Shown here piece after piece: positions 52,672 to 64,000 of a DNA stretch of 64,000 bases. The notes under the pieces are model-generated. The model was given only the letters and a program-made list of their open reading frames with translations. It did not search any database and was not told where the DNA came from. This DNA comes from Octopus sinensis (lineage: Eukaryota). The position numbers were made by a program, and so were the translations under genes. The stretch lies in the NCBI RefSeq assembly GCF_006345805.1, contig NC_043004.1:76508001-76572000 (forward strand), given 5' to 3'. How positions within the stretch are numbered: the stretch's first letter is position 1; every line of letters begins with the position of its first letter.

Positions 52672-53753
52672 TATGAGGTGATGTCAAATGTTCCCAGACT
52701 AGTTATGTTGAATAAAAAATAACTTATTTACTTAAGTTTTAACATTATCTCCTTTGAAATAGTCACTTTGCGCATTAATACACTGGTGCTGCCACTTTTG
52801 GAATTTGCTAGAAGTTGCCACTTTAGAAGTTGCTGGCCTAGAAGTTGCTGCGCTTGAGGAGACCTATTGAGTGAAGTACATCAACATCAAAATAAATATC
52901 AAATGGAAATTGTAGTTGTGATACCTGTGCCAGTGGCACGCAAAAAGCACCATCCGAACATGGCCGATGCCAGCGCCGCCTTGACTGGCTTCTGTACAGG
53001 TGGCACGTAAAAAGCACCGACTGATCGTGGCCACTGCCAGCCTCCAATGGTGGCACGTAAAAAGCACCCACTACACTCACGAAGTGGTTGGCGTTAGGAA
53101 GGGCATCCAGCTGTAGAAACACTGCCAGACCAGACTGGAGCCTGGTGCAGCCTCCTGGCTTCCCAGACCCCGTTCGAACAGACCAACCCATGCTAGCATG
53201 GAAAACGGATGTTAAACGATGATGATGAAGTCGTTTTCTGTAAGCAAGTCAAGGACCTTCTGCAATTTGCCCTGGATCTTAACAACAGTGTTAAAACTTT
53301 TGAGCTGCATTTCCATCCTGGGGAAGAGTTGGAAGTCTGGAGGTGCTAAATCTGGTGAAGAGGGCAGGTGTGGAAGCAATACCATGTTGTTTTTGGCAAG
53401 AAACTCACAAGTGAGGAGAGCTTGGTGAAGAATCTAATTCTTTGCATTCCAGAGATCCGGTTCCTTTTACCAAATGTGCTCCCTCAAATGCTTCAAACCA
53501 TCACAGTAGAACTCTCTATTGATGCTTTGGCCTTGGGGGATAAATTCTCAATGCACAACACCACATTACCAGAAGTGACGCTTGTCGCAGGTCTTCCACA
53601 ATGCTCATTGTCTTCGAGGGACATTCTTCTGCTTTTGAAGCACTCATGCCACACAGAACATGGCATACGACCCATTGCCTCATTGCCGTAAGCTTGCCAA
53701 AGCACGCTCAATGTCTCTGTAGCAGACTTCCCAAGTCTAACACAAAATTTCAT
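52672..53753 (-). mobile_element. Internally deleted mariner transposon remnant, interrupted by an RTE 3' tail (52850-53228)
   Basis: KFCVRLGKSATETL...GRPATS (HTH N-terminus), HLPSSPDLAPPDF (YSPDLAP-like motif), TIR-like end near 52672. Confidence 0.8.
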
Positions 53754-53754
53754 A

Positions 53755-54005
53755 CAGTTCTATATTTAAGAGATGAGGAATTATTTACATTTGGCAGATA
53801 TTTGCCCTCATCTTGTTTGTTGTTAACACAACGTTTCGGCTGATATACCCTCCAGCCTTCATCAGGTGCCTTGGGAAAATTTCAAACCTGGGTTCTCGTT
53901 CCTAAGGTATTTTTCAATGTTGTTGTTGTTGTCATCGTCGTCGTCGTCGTCGTCTTTGTCATCGTCACTGTCACCGTCGTCGTCGTTGTCGTCATCGTCA
54001 TCGTC

Positions 54006-54046
<41 letters not shown>

Positions 54047-54139
54047 TATTATCATTATTATTGTACAGGTCACTTCTTGGAATCAAACTCGGAATCTTGG
54101 GGTTAGTAGCCCACATTCTTAACCACTACGCCATATGCC
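53755..54139 (-). mobile_element. tRNA-headed hammerhead element (copy 2, complete)
   Basis: Head ggcatatggcgtagtggttaag...gagtttgattcc, (AAT/GAT/GAC/AAC)n linker, hammerhead, hairpin tail ending gaactg|TA. Confidence 0.85.
53825..53870 (-). ncRNA. Minimal type I hammerhead ribozyme, intact core, palindromic stem III
   Basis: GGCAC-CTGATGA-A-GGCTG(gagggtatat)CAGCC-GAA-ACGT-T-GTGTT. Confidence 0.7.
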
Positions 54140-54189
54140 CGAGTTCAATTCCAAGCAGTGACCTGAACAATAACAATAACAAAACTAGT

Positions 54190-54230
<41 letters not shown>

Positions 54231-54236
54231 AAACAA

Positions 54237-54268
<32 letters not shown>

Positions 54269-54464
54269 TCATCATCATCATCATTGAAAAATCCCTTAGA
54301 AATGAGAACCTAGGTTCAAAATTTCCCCCAAGATACCTGAAGAAGGCTGGAGGGTATATCAGCCAAACGTTTTGTTAACAACAAACAAGACGAGGGCAAA
54401 TATCCGTTGAATATAAATAATGTAAATAATATACATAATTCCTCATCTCTTAAATATAGAACTG
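54139..54464 (+). mobile_element. tRNA-headed hammerhead element (copy 3, A box lost, G12 of the core missing)
   Basis: Starts at ccgagttcaattcc; (AAC)n linker; GATAC-CTGAAGA-A-GGCTG...CAGCC-AAACGT at 54332-54376; tail gaactg|TA. Confidence 0.85.
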
Positions 54465-55203
54465 TATAAAGACACATGCACACATACAAACACATACACA
54501 CATATATATATATATAAATAATATATATATATAAGCATATATACATACATATATGTACATACTTACATCTATACGTATATGTATATGCATATGTGGGTAC
54601 AGGACATCATGAAATGTGTACAGCAACAAAAAATATGAAGCATGAGTACATAGAACATGTACTATTCTTTCAAACAATGAAAGATACAAATGGAAAACTA
54701 AACAAACAACATAAAGAACGACCCTTCATCAGTTGTTGGCTGTTTTTCTAGTCTTGTATTTTGAGCATTTAACAACAGTATATGCTTTTGATAAAACAGT
54801 TGGTCCCGCAAAGCAAATTAAATAAAATTTGGGATTTTGTGGAGGGTCAAAATAGGTAATACAAACAGGACAGTAAAAAGAAATATGAAGGGATGCTAAG
54901 CCTAAACAAGGTTGTGGTGGTGAACGCGTAAATCAATCTAGGACAGGAGACAAACAAGAACACGTCTTCCTTGTTCTAGCTAGAATGGAGAGAAAGAAAG
55001 ATGGCTGATGGTCACGTGGAAACCACGTGAGCAAGGGAGAAGGAGTGAGGGAGAGAGAGTGATAGAGTATTAGGATAGAATAGTTGGAAAAGAGGAGGTA
55101 AAAGAATAAGAGAGAGAAAAACGAAAGAGTATAAAGATTGTAAAGAGTGCGCATATATATATATATGCATGTATATAGATGTATACAGATGCGTGTGTAT
55201 GAG

Positions 55204-55231
<28 letters not shown>

Positions 55232-55236
<5 letters not shown>

Positions 55237-56115
55237 TCAAAGCCTCGATGTCAACAAGGGTCATGGCCCTGACAGCATACACCCACAGGTTATCAAAGCG
55301 TTGGCTCCGGTCATCTGCGAACCTTTAACACTTCTATTCAACATGTCATTGGCGACAGGCGTTGTACCTGTGGGCTGGAGAACAGCGATAATCTGCCCGA
55401 TTTTCAAGAAAGGGAGCCGCGAAGACCCACTTAACTACCGACCGGTTTCCCTTACTTCAATAATCAGCAAGATGTTCAAAACCATCCTGAAGAAAAGTAT
55501 GTTGCTCCACCTCCAAAACATAGCCTCTATCTCTGATTCCCAACACAGCTTTGTGCTGAAGAGATCATGCTTGACCAACTTACTGGTAATGGAAGAATTG
55601 GTGACGCGTATCCTAGATGATGGTGATGTTGTTGACATCGTTTTATTGGACTTTGCCAAAGCTTTTGACTCGGTTAACCACTGCCTACTACTTGTCGAGC
55701 TTCAAGCATATAGTTTCCATCCGGATATTGTATGATGGGTTGGTGCCTTCCTCTCAGATTGCTCCTTCCAAGTCCAAGTTAATGGTTTGCTGCCCGACGT
55801 CTCCAGTGTGAGCAGTGGCGTGCCTCGAGGTTCAGTGCTTGGGCCGTTATTGTTTTTAGTCTTCATCAATGACTTTCCCGACGACCTCACACAACACATC
55901 CTTCTATTTGCCGACGATATCAAACTGGTTGCTCCTCACAGTGATATAGATGATCTTTGTCGATGCCTCCACCAAGTTTGGAGATGGTCAAACGAATGGG
56001 ACCTGTGTCTGAACGTGTCAAAGTACTGTCATCTGCCTGTTGGCTCCTCTCCTGCAACTCAACTTGATTTCGAGCAGGGTCGTCTGCTGCTGGAGAAGAC
56101 CGACCAAGTAAAGGA
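55232..56115 (+). mobile_element. CR1-type RT domain fragment with a single in-frame stop
   Basis: GPD.IHP, NYRPVSLTS, LDFAKAFDSV, GVPRGSVLGPLLF, FADD. ORFs 55169-55735 and 55787-56182 share a frame. Confidence 0.92.
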
Positions 56116-57099
56116 TATTATTAGAATTAGAGGACTATATTTATTGAATGATACACTTATGGAAACTCTCATACAGGACTAAGTTTCCGTGTTAGCACTA
56201 TGGTTATCATTGCACTTCTTCAGCTGTTGTGAGCCCAGTGCCCATGAAAGTATTCTTTCATGTTTGTAATTGTATACACTGAGTTTACAACAACTGAAGA
56301 CATATTATGATTATTATATCATTTATACAGAAACTTGAAGTCACGAATGTAAGTCTCCACATCTGTACCACTTAATATATATTTATATATACATAATGGG
56401 CTTCTACACTGTTTCCATCTACCAAATTCTTTTACAAGACATTGGTTAGTCCCGGTACTACAATAGAACACATTTGCCCAAAGTACTGCACAGTGCAGCC
56501 AAACTAAAACCGCAGAGTTGCAAAGTGAATTTCTTAACCACACAGCTATGCCTGCACCAACTGTAAAAATCTGTTGCACAGTTATAAATACTCTCAGCAT
56601 TATTGCTATTCATTTGTGTGTTTCATTCACAGTATTTCCTCAAAATATGATATTTACACAATGGTTATGGTATAAACAATATCGATTCATCAGAATGCAA
56701 CTGTATAATTTCAATACTGTTAGTATTTCGGTTTTCATTCACATTTTTTTCTCAAGTATAATATTACAAACACCAGCTGTGAATGAGATCAGCAACATTA
56801 ATTAATCAAGCTGTAAATTGTATAATTTTAGGTCATTCAACAACATTGTAGCTATTGAGCCATTGAGAAAGCCTCAATGCAATTACTCCACGTGCTAGAA
56901 ATAGCAGCCAAAACTTTGTCAAATCATACACTACTCTCCTAAAAATAGAAAAAAATGCAAGAAAGACATAGCGGGTGATGTAGTTGGAGATAAACAATGC
57001 CTGGCAAAAGATGGAATGGTTACAGATTGAGTGGTTTATGGGACTCTCTCAATGATTTGAGGAGAATTCAGCAGGACAAAGTTATTTTGCAAAAATTCT

Positions 57100-57420
57100 T
57101 TGGCGTGGCTGTGTGGTAAGAAGTTTGCTTACCATCCACATTGTCCTGCATGGCACCTTGGGCAAGTGTCTTCTACTATAGCCTTGGGATGACCAAAGCC
57201 TTGTGAGTGGATTTGGTAGATTGGAAACTGAAAGAAGCTTGTCATGTGTGTGTGTGTGTTTGTCCCCACACCATTGCTTACAACCGATGTTGGTATGTTT
57301 ATGTCTCTGTAACTAAGTGGTTTGGCAAAAAGAGACCAATAGAATAAGTACTAGGCTTACAAAGAATAGGTCCTGGGGTCAATTTGTTCGACTAAAGGCA
57401 GTGCTCCAGGATGGCGACCA
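57100..57420 (+). mobile_element. SINE family A
   Basis: Homology to 2993-3600. Confidence 0.85.
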
Positions 57421-58052
57421 GACTTCTGTGACTGTTTTGGCAGGATTTTTACAGCTGGATGCCCTTCCTAACACCAACCACTTTACAGTGTGGACTAGGT
57501 GCTTTTAAGTGGCACCTGCACTGACAGGGATAAATATATATATAGAGAGAGAGAGAGAGACAGACAGAGACATGGTGCGATGGGTAAATTGTTGCCATTT
57601 AATCTTTTTAATTTTGTGCATGCACATTGTGTGTTTTTGATTTTGTCAACTACACAGTATAGTAGGGTCAGTTGGGCACCATCTGTGAGAAAAACACCAC
57701 CATGATGGAATTCACTCTACCAGAAATTTGGAAACAACATACTGTACTGCTTGGCATTTGCAGCAGAAGCTCATATACAAACACTTCAGATTGTTTGGGT
57801 GTCAGTCTGAGGACAGTGAAATCTGAGGATATGTGCCGAGAGTGATAAGAATCGAATATCCAGTGGGACTGAATCCAGAACCATGTGGTTGGTAAGCAAG
57901 CTACTTACCACATAGCCACTCCTACACCTTTTAGAATAAATCCCTGAGGAATGAGTGAAAGACTAAAATGTCTGATGAGAAAAGAAGATAAGGTCTTGAG
58001 TTCACTTTTTGAGACAAATAAATATGTTGAATATCAGAATGGAAATTTTATT

Positions 58053-58490
58053 AAGGTGGTGAGTAGGCAGAAACGTTAGCAACACCGGATGAAATGCTTA
58101 ATGTTATTTCGTCTGCCGCTATGTTCTGAGTTCAAATTCTGCCAAGGTTGACTTTGCCTTTCATCCTTTCAGGGTCGATTAAATAAGTACCAGTTACGCA
58201 CTGGGGGTCAATATTATCGACTTAATACCTTTGTCTGTCCTTGTTTGCCCCCTCTGTGTAGCCTCTTGTGGGCAGTAAAGAAATAAGAAACAGCAACACT
58301 GAACGAAATGCTTAGTGGTATTTCGTCTGTCATTATGTTTTGAGTTCAAATTCCGCCGAGGTTGACTTTGCCTTTTATACTTTCAGGGTAGAAAAATTAA
58401 GTACCAGTTGCGTATTGAGGTCAATGTAATCAACTGTACCCCTCCCCCAAAATTTCGGGCCTTGTGCCTAGAGTAAAAAAGAAAAAAAGA
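58053..58490 (+). mobile_element. SINE family B dimer
   Basis: Two modules joined at taaagaaata|agaaac, each with gagttcaaatt. Confidence 0.85.
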
Positions 58491-59446
58491 AAGAAAAGAA
58501 ATCACATTGAGAAGATTTAAATCACTGACTTGACACTATTAGCAATGGAGTACTTCAAGGTTTGTCAGTATGATAGCTCAGGTTTTGAGCCAACAGGTAT
58601 GGAGAAGAGGGGTGCTATAAGGGCCCCACTTCTCAGTGTGGTTGTTTAACCTGCTAAAAGTACCAGCTAAATCACATGCGAATTACGTCTCATTGTCTAA
58701 AAAATTAGGAAGGATCTATCAAATAATGGTTTCAAATTATGGCGTTGGGCCAGCAATTTTAGTGTGAGGGACTAAGTCATTTACATAGACCCCAGTGTTC
58801 AACTGCTACTTATTTTATTGACCCTGAAAGGGCAAAAGGAAAAGTTGAACACAGCTGAATTTGAACTAAGGCCATAAAGAGCCAGAAGAAATGCTGTTAA
58901 ACACTTTGTCTGGCATGCTAACAATTCTGTAATCTTAGATACACTCAAAATGAATGGGATGGCCATAGTAGGAATACCTTGATCATAGGTTTTGCCCAAG
59001 GCTAAACAGCGACCACCCTACCCACCCTTATGTAATGTAGGGTCAACAATGTATTTCTTCTAAAGCGAGACACTTATGTTTGCCTCCCTATCATACTTGA
59101 GTTTTTCAGTACCTGGCATGAAACCTCGTTCCCCTCTCTCAAAATCACCCCTGCTCTGTGAAGGGACTTTCTTTACTTTGTCTTGCAAGTTACTTGGTGA
59201 CCTCACTGGTATTAGGGCCACATTAAAGCACACAGTACACTCTGTAAGATGGTTGGTGTTAGGAAGAACATCCAGCCCCGAGAAGCCTTGCCAAAGCTAA
59301 TACTGGAGCTCTATGCAGCCCTGCAGCTCACCACATTCTCTCAAACTGTTCAACCCCTGCCAGCATGGAAAATGGCCATTAAATGATGATGAGGAGGAGG
59401 AGAAGAGTGGGTATCTTTCGTCAATATTTTAAACTCAGTCATAAGG

Positions 59447-59675
59447 CGGTGAGCTGGCAGAAACGTTAGCGCACTGGGCAAAATGCTTAGTGGTATTTCG
59501 TCTGCTGTTACATTTCTGAGTTCGAATTCCGCCAAGGTCAACTTTGCCTTTCATCCTTTCGGGGTCGATAAATAAAGTACCAGTTACGCACTGGGGTCGA
59601 TGTAATTGACTTAATCACTTTGTCTGTCTTTGTTTGTCCCCTCTATGTTTAGCCCCTTGTGGGCAATAAAGAAAT
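59447..59675 (+). mobile_element. SINE family B monomer, well preserved
   Basis: ggcggtgagctggcagaaacgttagc...gagttcgaattcc...taaagaaata. Confidence 0.9.
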
Positions 59676-60143
59676 ATATATTTTAAACTCTGTTCATCAG
59701 CTGTTAAAAAGGGTTTAGGACGTAGATGATTGGTAGATGTGTACAGCTCTGCTAGCTGCCAAATATTTTGAGGTTTTCCTAGTTTAGGCCTGATTCAATG
59801 GACTTAGGATCAAAGCATTTGCTAGTGACCGTCCTGTCTTCTTTTTCAGGTGTAGGCGTATTTAGGACTACATTATCAAATGAGTCCTTCATTTTTTAAA
59901 GACAAGTGGAAGTGAATTGAAGGGGAGTTAGATGCTCCTTCTAGCAAGTCAAAGGACTGCTTAAATGCTCCCTGGTTGGCTTGATTGTTAAACGATTCTT
60001 ATCTACTTAAGAGGTCAAGATTTGAAAAAAGTGGGATAAATACTAAAATGAGAGGTCTTCCTTTACAAATAAATACTTGTCACTTGATTAAGTATGACTA
60101 GAAAAGCACAGTAAGGGGTTGAAAAAGACAGAGAGGGGGGAGA

Positions 60144-60194
<51 letters not shown>

Positions 60195-60966
60195 GAAGAA
60201 GAAGAAAGAAGAAGAAGAAGAATGAAGGGTACCTTCGGGGATGAGACGGTAGGGGCAGTTCACCCAGAACGGTACTTTTCATCCTGTTGTTGACTATAGC
60301 TGTAGGCAATGTGATTTTTTGTAGGGTCCGGGGGCGGCAAGCATTCTAGCTACGCTCGTGCCTTCAGATATAATTTTATGGAAGTTGAGAGAGGACGACA
60401 GTAATGAGGAGAGTGTATAAATAAAATACTATTTGGTAAACGGAATTTGAACAGTAACATTTCTCTTTACAATGAACTGATATTCGTAACACATATGATA
60501 GGAATATCTTTATCGACCCTTATCTATTTCCTATGTCATTCCTAAAAGAGCAAATTGTCCCCAGTGAGACGCTCGCTACCAGGTTAAGAATAATCGCACT
60601 GGAGTTTAAACTCTTAGGCCCAGTGGGGAAAGATAAGCATTTACCTCTGAACTGTTCGTTTTTCTTCTCTGTAGGGGATCGAATGCATTATTATATTTTA
60701 CTTTGCGTCTTTTATAATACAAATCATCTCAAGATATATAAATATGTAAACTATTTTGTATAAAACAATATAATATTATATTATATTATATATGCATTAT
60801 GTAACGTATGAAAGCTATGAAAATATATTTAAAGTTTATATATTTTTATGTTCTTTACTACGCTCCTTACAGTTATATTTTTGTTAACAATTTTTAATGC
60901 CTATTCTATTCATGCAGCAAATAAAATAAATATTTATTCGTTTATTTATTAATTTATTTATTCCAG

Positions 60967-61013
60967 TGCTTGTCCTTTGGGATCTCTAGTTGGATTATTT
61001 TGGAAAAAGCTGG
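60967..61013 (+). CDS. Candidate exon (47 nt), product unknown
   Basis: tttatttattccAG acceptor, GG|GTATGA donor, two open frames. Confidence 0.25.
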
Positions 61014-61460
61014 GTATGATATCTGCCAACAGTCTAAATTCGTCTAAATTGATGTGAAGCCAACATCGCTGAACCAAACCATATCATAACATTATTCCTC
61101 TCTCTCTCCTTCCTCACTATTCTATGTGAAAGACCTGTTTGTAATTCAATACAGATATTCTTCTCTTTTATCTTCTGTTCATCAAATTGCATATCAATGA
61201 CATCACGTGCCTTAGCTCCCATGACCTCTCCTATCACCCTTTACTTTCTCTTTCGTTTTCTTCCTCTTTTTATCTGTCAATGTCTGCTTATCTCTTTCTT
61301 TCTCTATGTCCAGTCATTTCCCCCTTATTTCTCTCTCATGTTCTCTTTCTCTCTCAGTAAACATTTCTGTTTTATGCTTATCCTCTCTCTCTCTCTCTAA
61401 CAGGCTTCTGTATTTTTCTCTCTATTGATTTCATTCATTCTACCTTCGTTTCTTCTTCAA

Positions 61461-61796
61461 CTCTCCTACTCCTTCCTTTTCTCCTTTTCCATTGTTCTCT
61501 CCGTTTCCTAACCTCTCCCTTGCTGTCTTTCTTTTCCTTTTCCCCTTCCCTCTCTCTCTATTTTTACGTTTAGTTACCTTTCCTCTCCGCCTGACTCCTC
61601 ATCTCCCCCTTTTCCCCACATGTCTCTCCTACTCCTTCCTTTTCTCCCTTTTCCATTGTCCTCTCCGTTTCCTAACCTCTCCCTTGCTGTCTTTCTTTTC
61701 CTTTTCCCCTTCCCTCTCTCTCTATTTTTACGTTTAGTTACCTTTCCTCTCTGCCTGACTCCTCATCTCCCCTTTTCTCCGCATGTCTCTCCTACT
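61461..61796. repeat. 163-bp tandem duplication within a long polypyrimidine tract
   Basis: ctctcctact at 61461, 61624 and 61787. Confidence 0.9.
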
Positions 61797-61824
61797 CTTT
61801 CTCTACCCCTCTCCCTCTCATTAG

Positions 61825-61882
61825 ATCTAAAGACAGTATTAGAGGAGGTGCAGTCGGCTTTAAGGGAGATAACTGTTTGAAG
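61825..61882 (+). CDS. Candidate exon (58 nt), phase-compatible with 60967-61013
   Basis: Strong polypyrimidine acceptor ...ctctcattAG; weak donor AAG|GTTAAT. Confidence 0.25.
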
Positions 61883-63414
61883 GTTAATTACATCCTGTCG
61901 ACCATGACAGTCTTGTATTGAATCACATTTGGCGGAAACTATTTGTGAAATTGTACTCTACCTCGTCAAACTCTTCAGTGGCACGCTTATCGGAATTTTT
62001 ACATTTCTATTCGGCGAGCGAAGGCGCATTAGGCATGCTTGAATAGAGGCCATACTGTAGGATAATTGCAAGATGATATTGGAATAAGTTTGGGTAGATT
62101 GCCAATATCTGATTGCGTTGAGGAAATGGCTTTGTGACTCGGGGCAAGTGATTTCATGATAAGGCCCCAGAGCAATTATTAGGAAGGACTGTTTAAATCT
62201 ACGTCCAGTATGAAGCCTGTCTGATTGAAAAATTTGAGCATTGTTATTCCAAAAAGATTGCCTAATAACTGAAATTATTTCAGTGGCCTCTCTATCCGTT
62301 ATGCATTCTGTTGTATAGTTGTGGCCATATAAAATACACGTGCCTGCACATAGATATTTATAACCTAATCTGTCTACGTCAATTCTTTCTTATTGTATAC
62401 ATGGGAGCGGGGAAAGTTCTGCCGTGTCTCTTCAAACACATGCGTTTTCATTAGATTTGCATGGAGATGCAAGTGTAACCAGACGTTCACTTGTCTATCT
62501 GCACTCTTTTCTTTCTTAGAATCCATTGGGGTTGGTAGGTGAATCATCGAATATCAATTTTCTCCTTTTTATTTGCCAACCCCTTCCAGGAAATTGTAAC
62601 CTTGCTGTCATTTAACCTTTACGTAAATAACAAAGTTGGTGGTTAAACTTAAGAGGTCGGTTGCAGATATAAAATTCTTGAGGCGACGCTTTGATGGAAA
62701 TGCAAACGGCTGTTACTTTGAAGTAACATTTCGTTATTGAAACTGCAGAGACTTGCAGTTCCGTGCAGGGAGAAGAGCATGACATTGTCCTAATTCTGCT
62801 AATTATTGTGGAAGATTGTAATTATCCGAAACTGAACTGTGTAAAAGGGAAAACCAAATTATAATATCGTAGGAGTCTGTTGATGAATAATTATTTTTCT
62901 TACGCTTTTATCAAAATACGAAACTTAAGTTCGAAAGTTTGTTGATGCGTCTATCATAAAATTGATCAATAAAGCTGCTTTTCAAACATCTTTATCATTC
63001 AGCGTCTACGAATTCTTTCTCAATCTGCTCCCCCAATTATCTTAAGGCTCTGTACAAAGAAATCTTACTTGCAATTGGTTAACAATTACGCTAATCAAAA
63101 TATTGTGATCCTGTTGTAGCTGAAATTCTATAGATAAAGATAGCCTTTCTGAAATCAAATTATTAATTTTCCCCCAAACTAATTAAGGTCTGATAAAATC
63201 CACTTAATTCTGTCATTGTACATATATAAGCTCTGAATCACATATCTTTCTAATTAACTATCATATGGAAGCTGATATAATTGAGTGAGCCAAAGAACTA
63301 CAGCAGTCACTGAACTATCTCGTGTAGAAAAGCAAATTTTCTGCGATTAGGAAAAAGAAAAAAGCCTTTGCTGCTTTTGGAACCGTTGAGACCAAAAGAC
63401 TAAAATCATTCCTT

Positions 63415-64000
63415 TCTACTCGAGGCCTGAAATTCTTGGGGAGGGGACCAGTTGATTACATCAACCCCAGAAACTGGTACTTAATTTATCGACCCTGAAA
63501 GGATGAAAGACAAAGTTGACGTTAGAAGAATTTGAACTCAGAATGTGAAGTCAGACGAAATATCACTAAGCATTTTGCCTGGCGTACTAACGTTTCTTAT
63601 TTCTTTATGGCTCACAAGATGCTACACACAGAGGGGACAGACAAACAGATTAAGTCGATTATATCGACCCCAGTGCATAACTGGTACTTATTTAATCGAC
63701 CCCGAAAAGATAAAAGGCAAAGTCGACCTCAGTGGAATTTGAACTCAGATCATAGCGGCAGACGAAATACGGCTACGCATTTCAATCCTGGTTGCACCGT
63801 GTGTGTGTGTGTATTCTTTATTGTCCACAGGGGGCTAAATATAGAGGGGACAAACAAGGACAGATAAAGGGATTAAGTCGATTATATTGACCCCAGTGCG
63901 TAACTGGTACTTATTTAATCGACCTCAAAGGGAAGAAAGGCAAAGTCGACATCAGCGGAATTTGAACTCAGAACGTAGCAGCAGACGAAATACCTATTTC
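63415..64000 (-). mobile_element. SINE family B tandem trimer (runs off the window end)
   Basis: Three gagttcaaattc modules with the conserved central domain. Confidence 0.85.

Noticed and set aside
54065-54139. Functional tRNA gene (also 6700-6779 and 45967-46040)
   Set aside because: A and B boxes are present, but there is no closed acceptor stem, and the heads are fused to repeat bodies, i.e. SINE heads.
54690-54740. CTGATGAAGGG on the minus strand in a Penelope-like terminal-repeat context
   Set aside because: No matching stem II 3' strand or GAAA follows.
57940-57985. CTGAGGA...GAAAGAC...GTCTG hammerhead-like string
   Set aside because: Stem II is too short, the cleavage position is G and stem I is absent; chance match.
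63069-63148. Minus-strand candidate exon (RLSLSIEFQLQQDHNILISVIVNQLQ, donor GTAAGA)
   Set aside because: Several alternative acceptors, no recognisable homology and no compatible neighbouring exon found.

Overview
Eukaryotic, AT-rich, repeat-dense genomic DNA. It is most likely cephalopod (Octopus-like), inferred from the SINE and LINE-tail families and the very high microsatellite load. I find no complete protein-coding gene and nothing prokaryotic (no operon, CRISPR array, rRNA or intact tRNA gene). Most ORFs in the track are artefacts of simple repeats. The supportable content is: LINE remnants (two CR1-type RT copies, several RTE copies and many RTE 3' tails, a Tx1/L1-type 3' end, CRE-like and Penelope-like fragments); Tc1/mariner debris and a pogo-like MITE; at least four tRNA-derived SINE families, one multimeric; a ~10.9-kb 51-bp minisatellite; a 900-bp tandem duplication; a 21-bp (SKDPPAT-like) repeat; and a few weak candidate exons. 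The most interesting signal is a set of hammerhead-ribozyme motifs from several unrelated repeat families. These include one complete type I hammerhead at 3183-3230 and a three-copy element built as tRNA-like Pol III head + microsatellite linker + minimal hammerhead + hairpin tail, two copies of which form a TA-flanked inverted dimer at 53755-54464. A second theme is a variable-spacer array of a conserved hairpin motif in the 3' UTRs of RTE LINEs. All calls are by eye, with no database search or folding computation, and boundaries of degenerate repeats are approximate.
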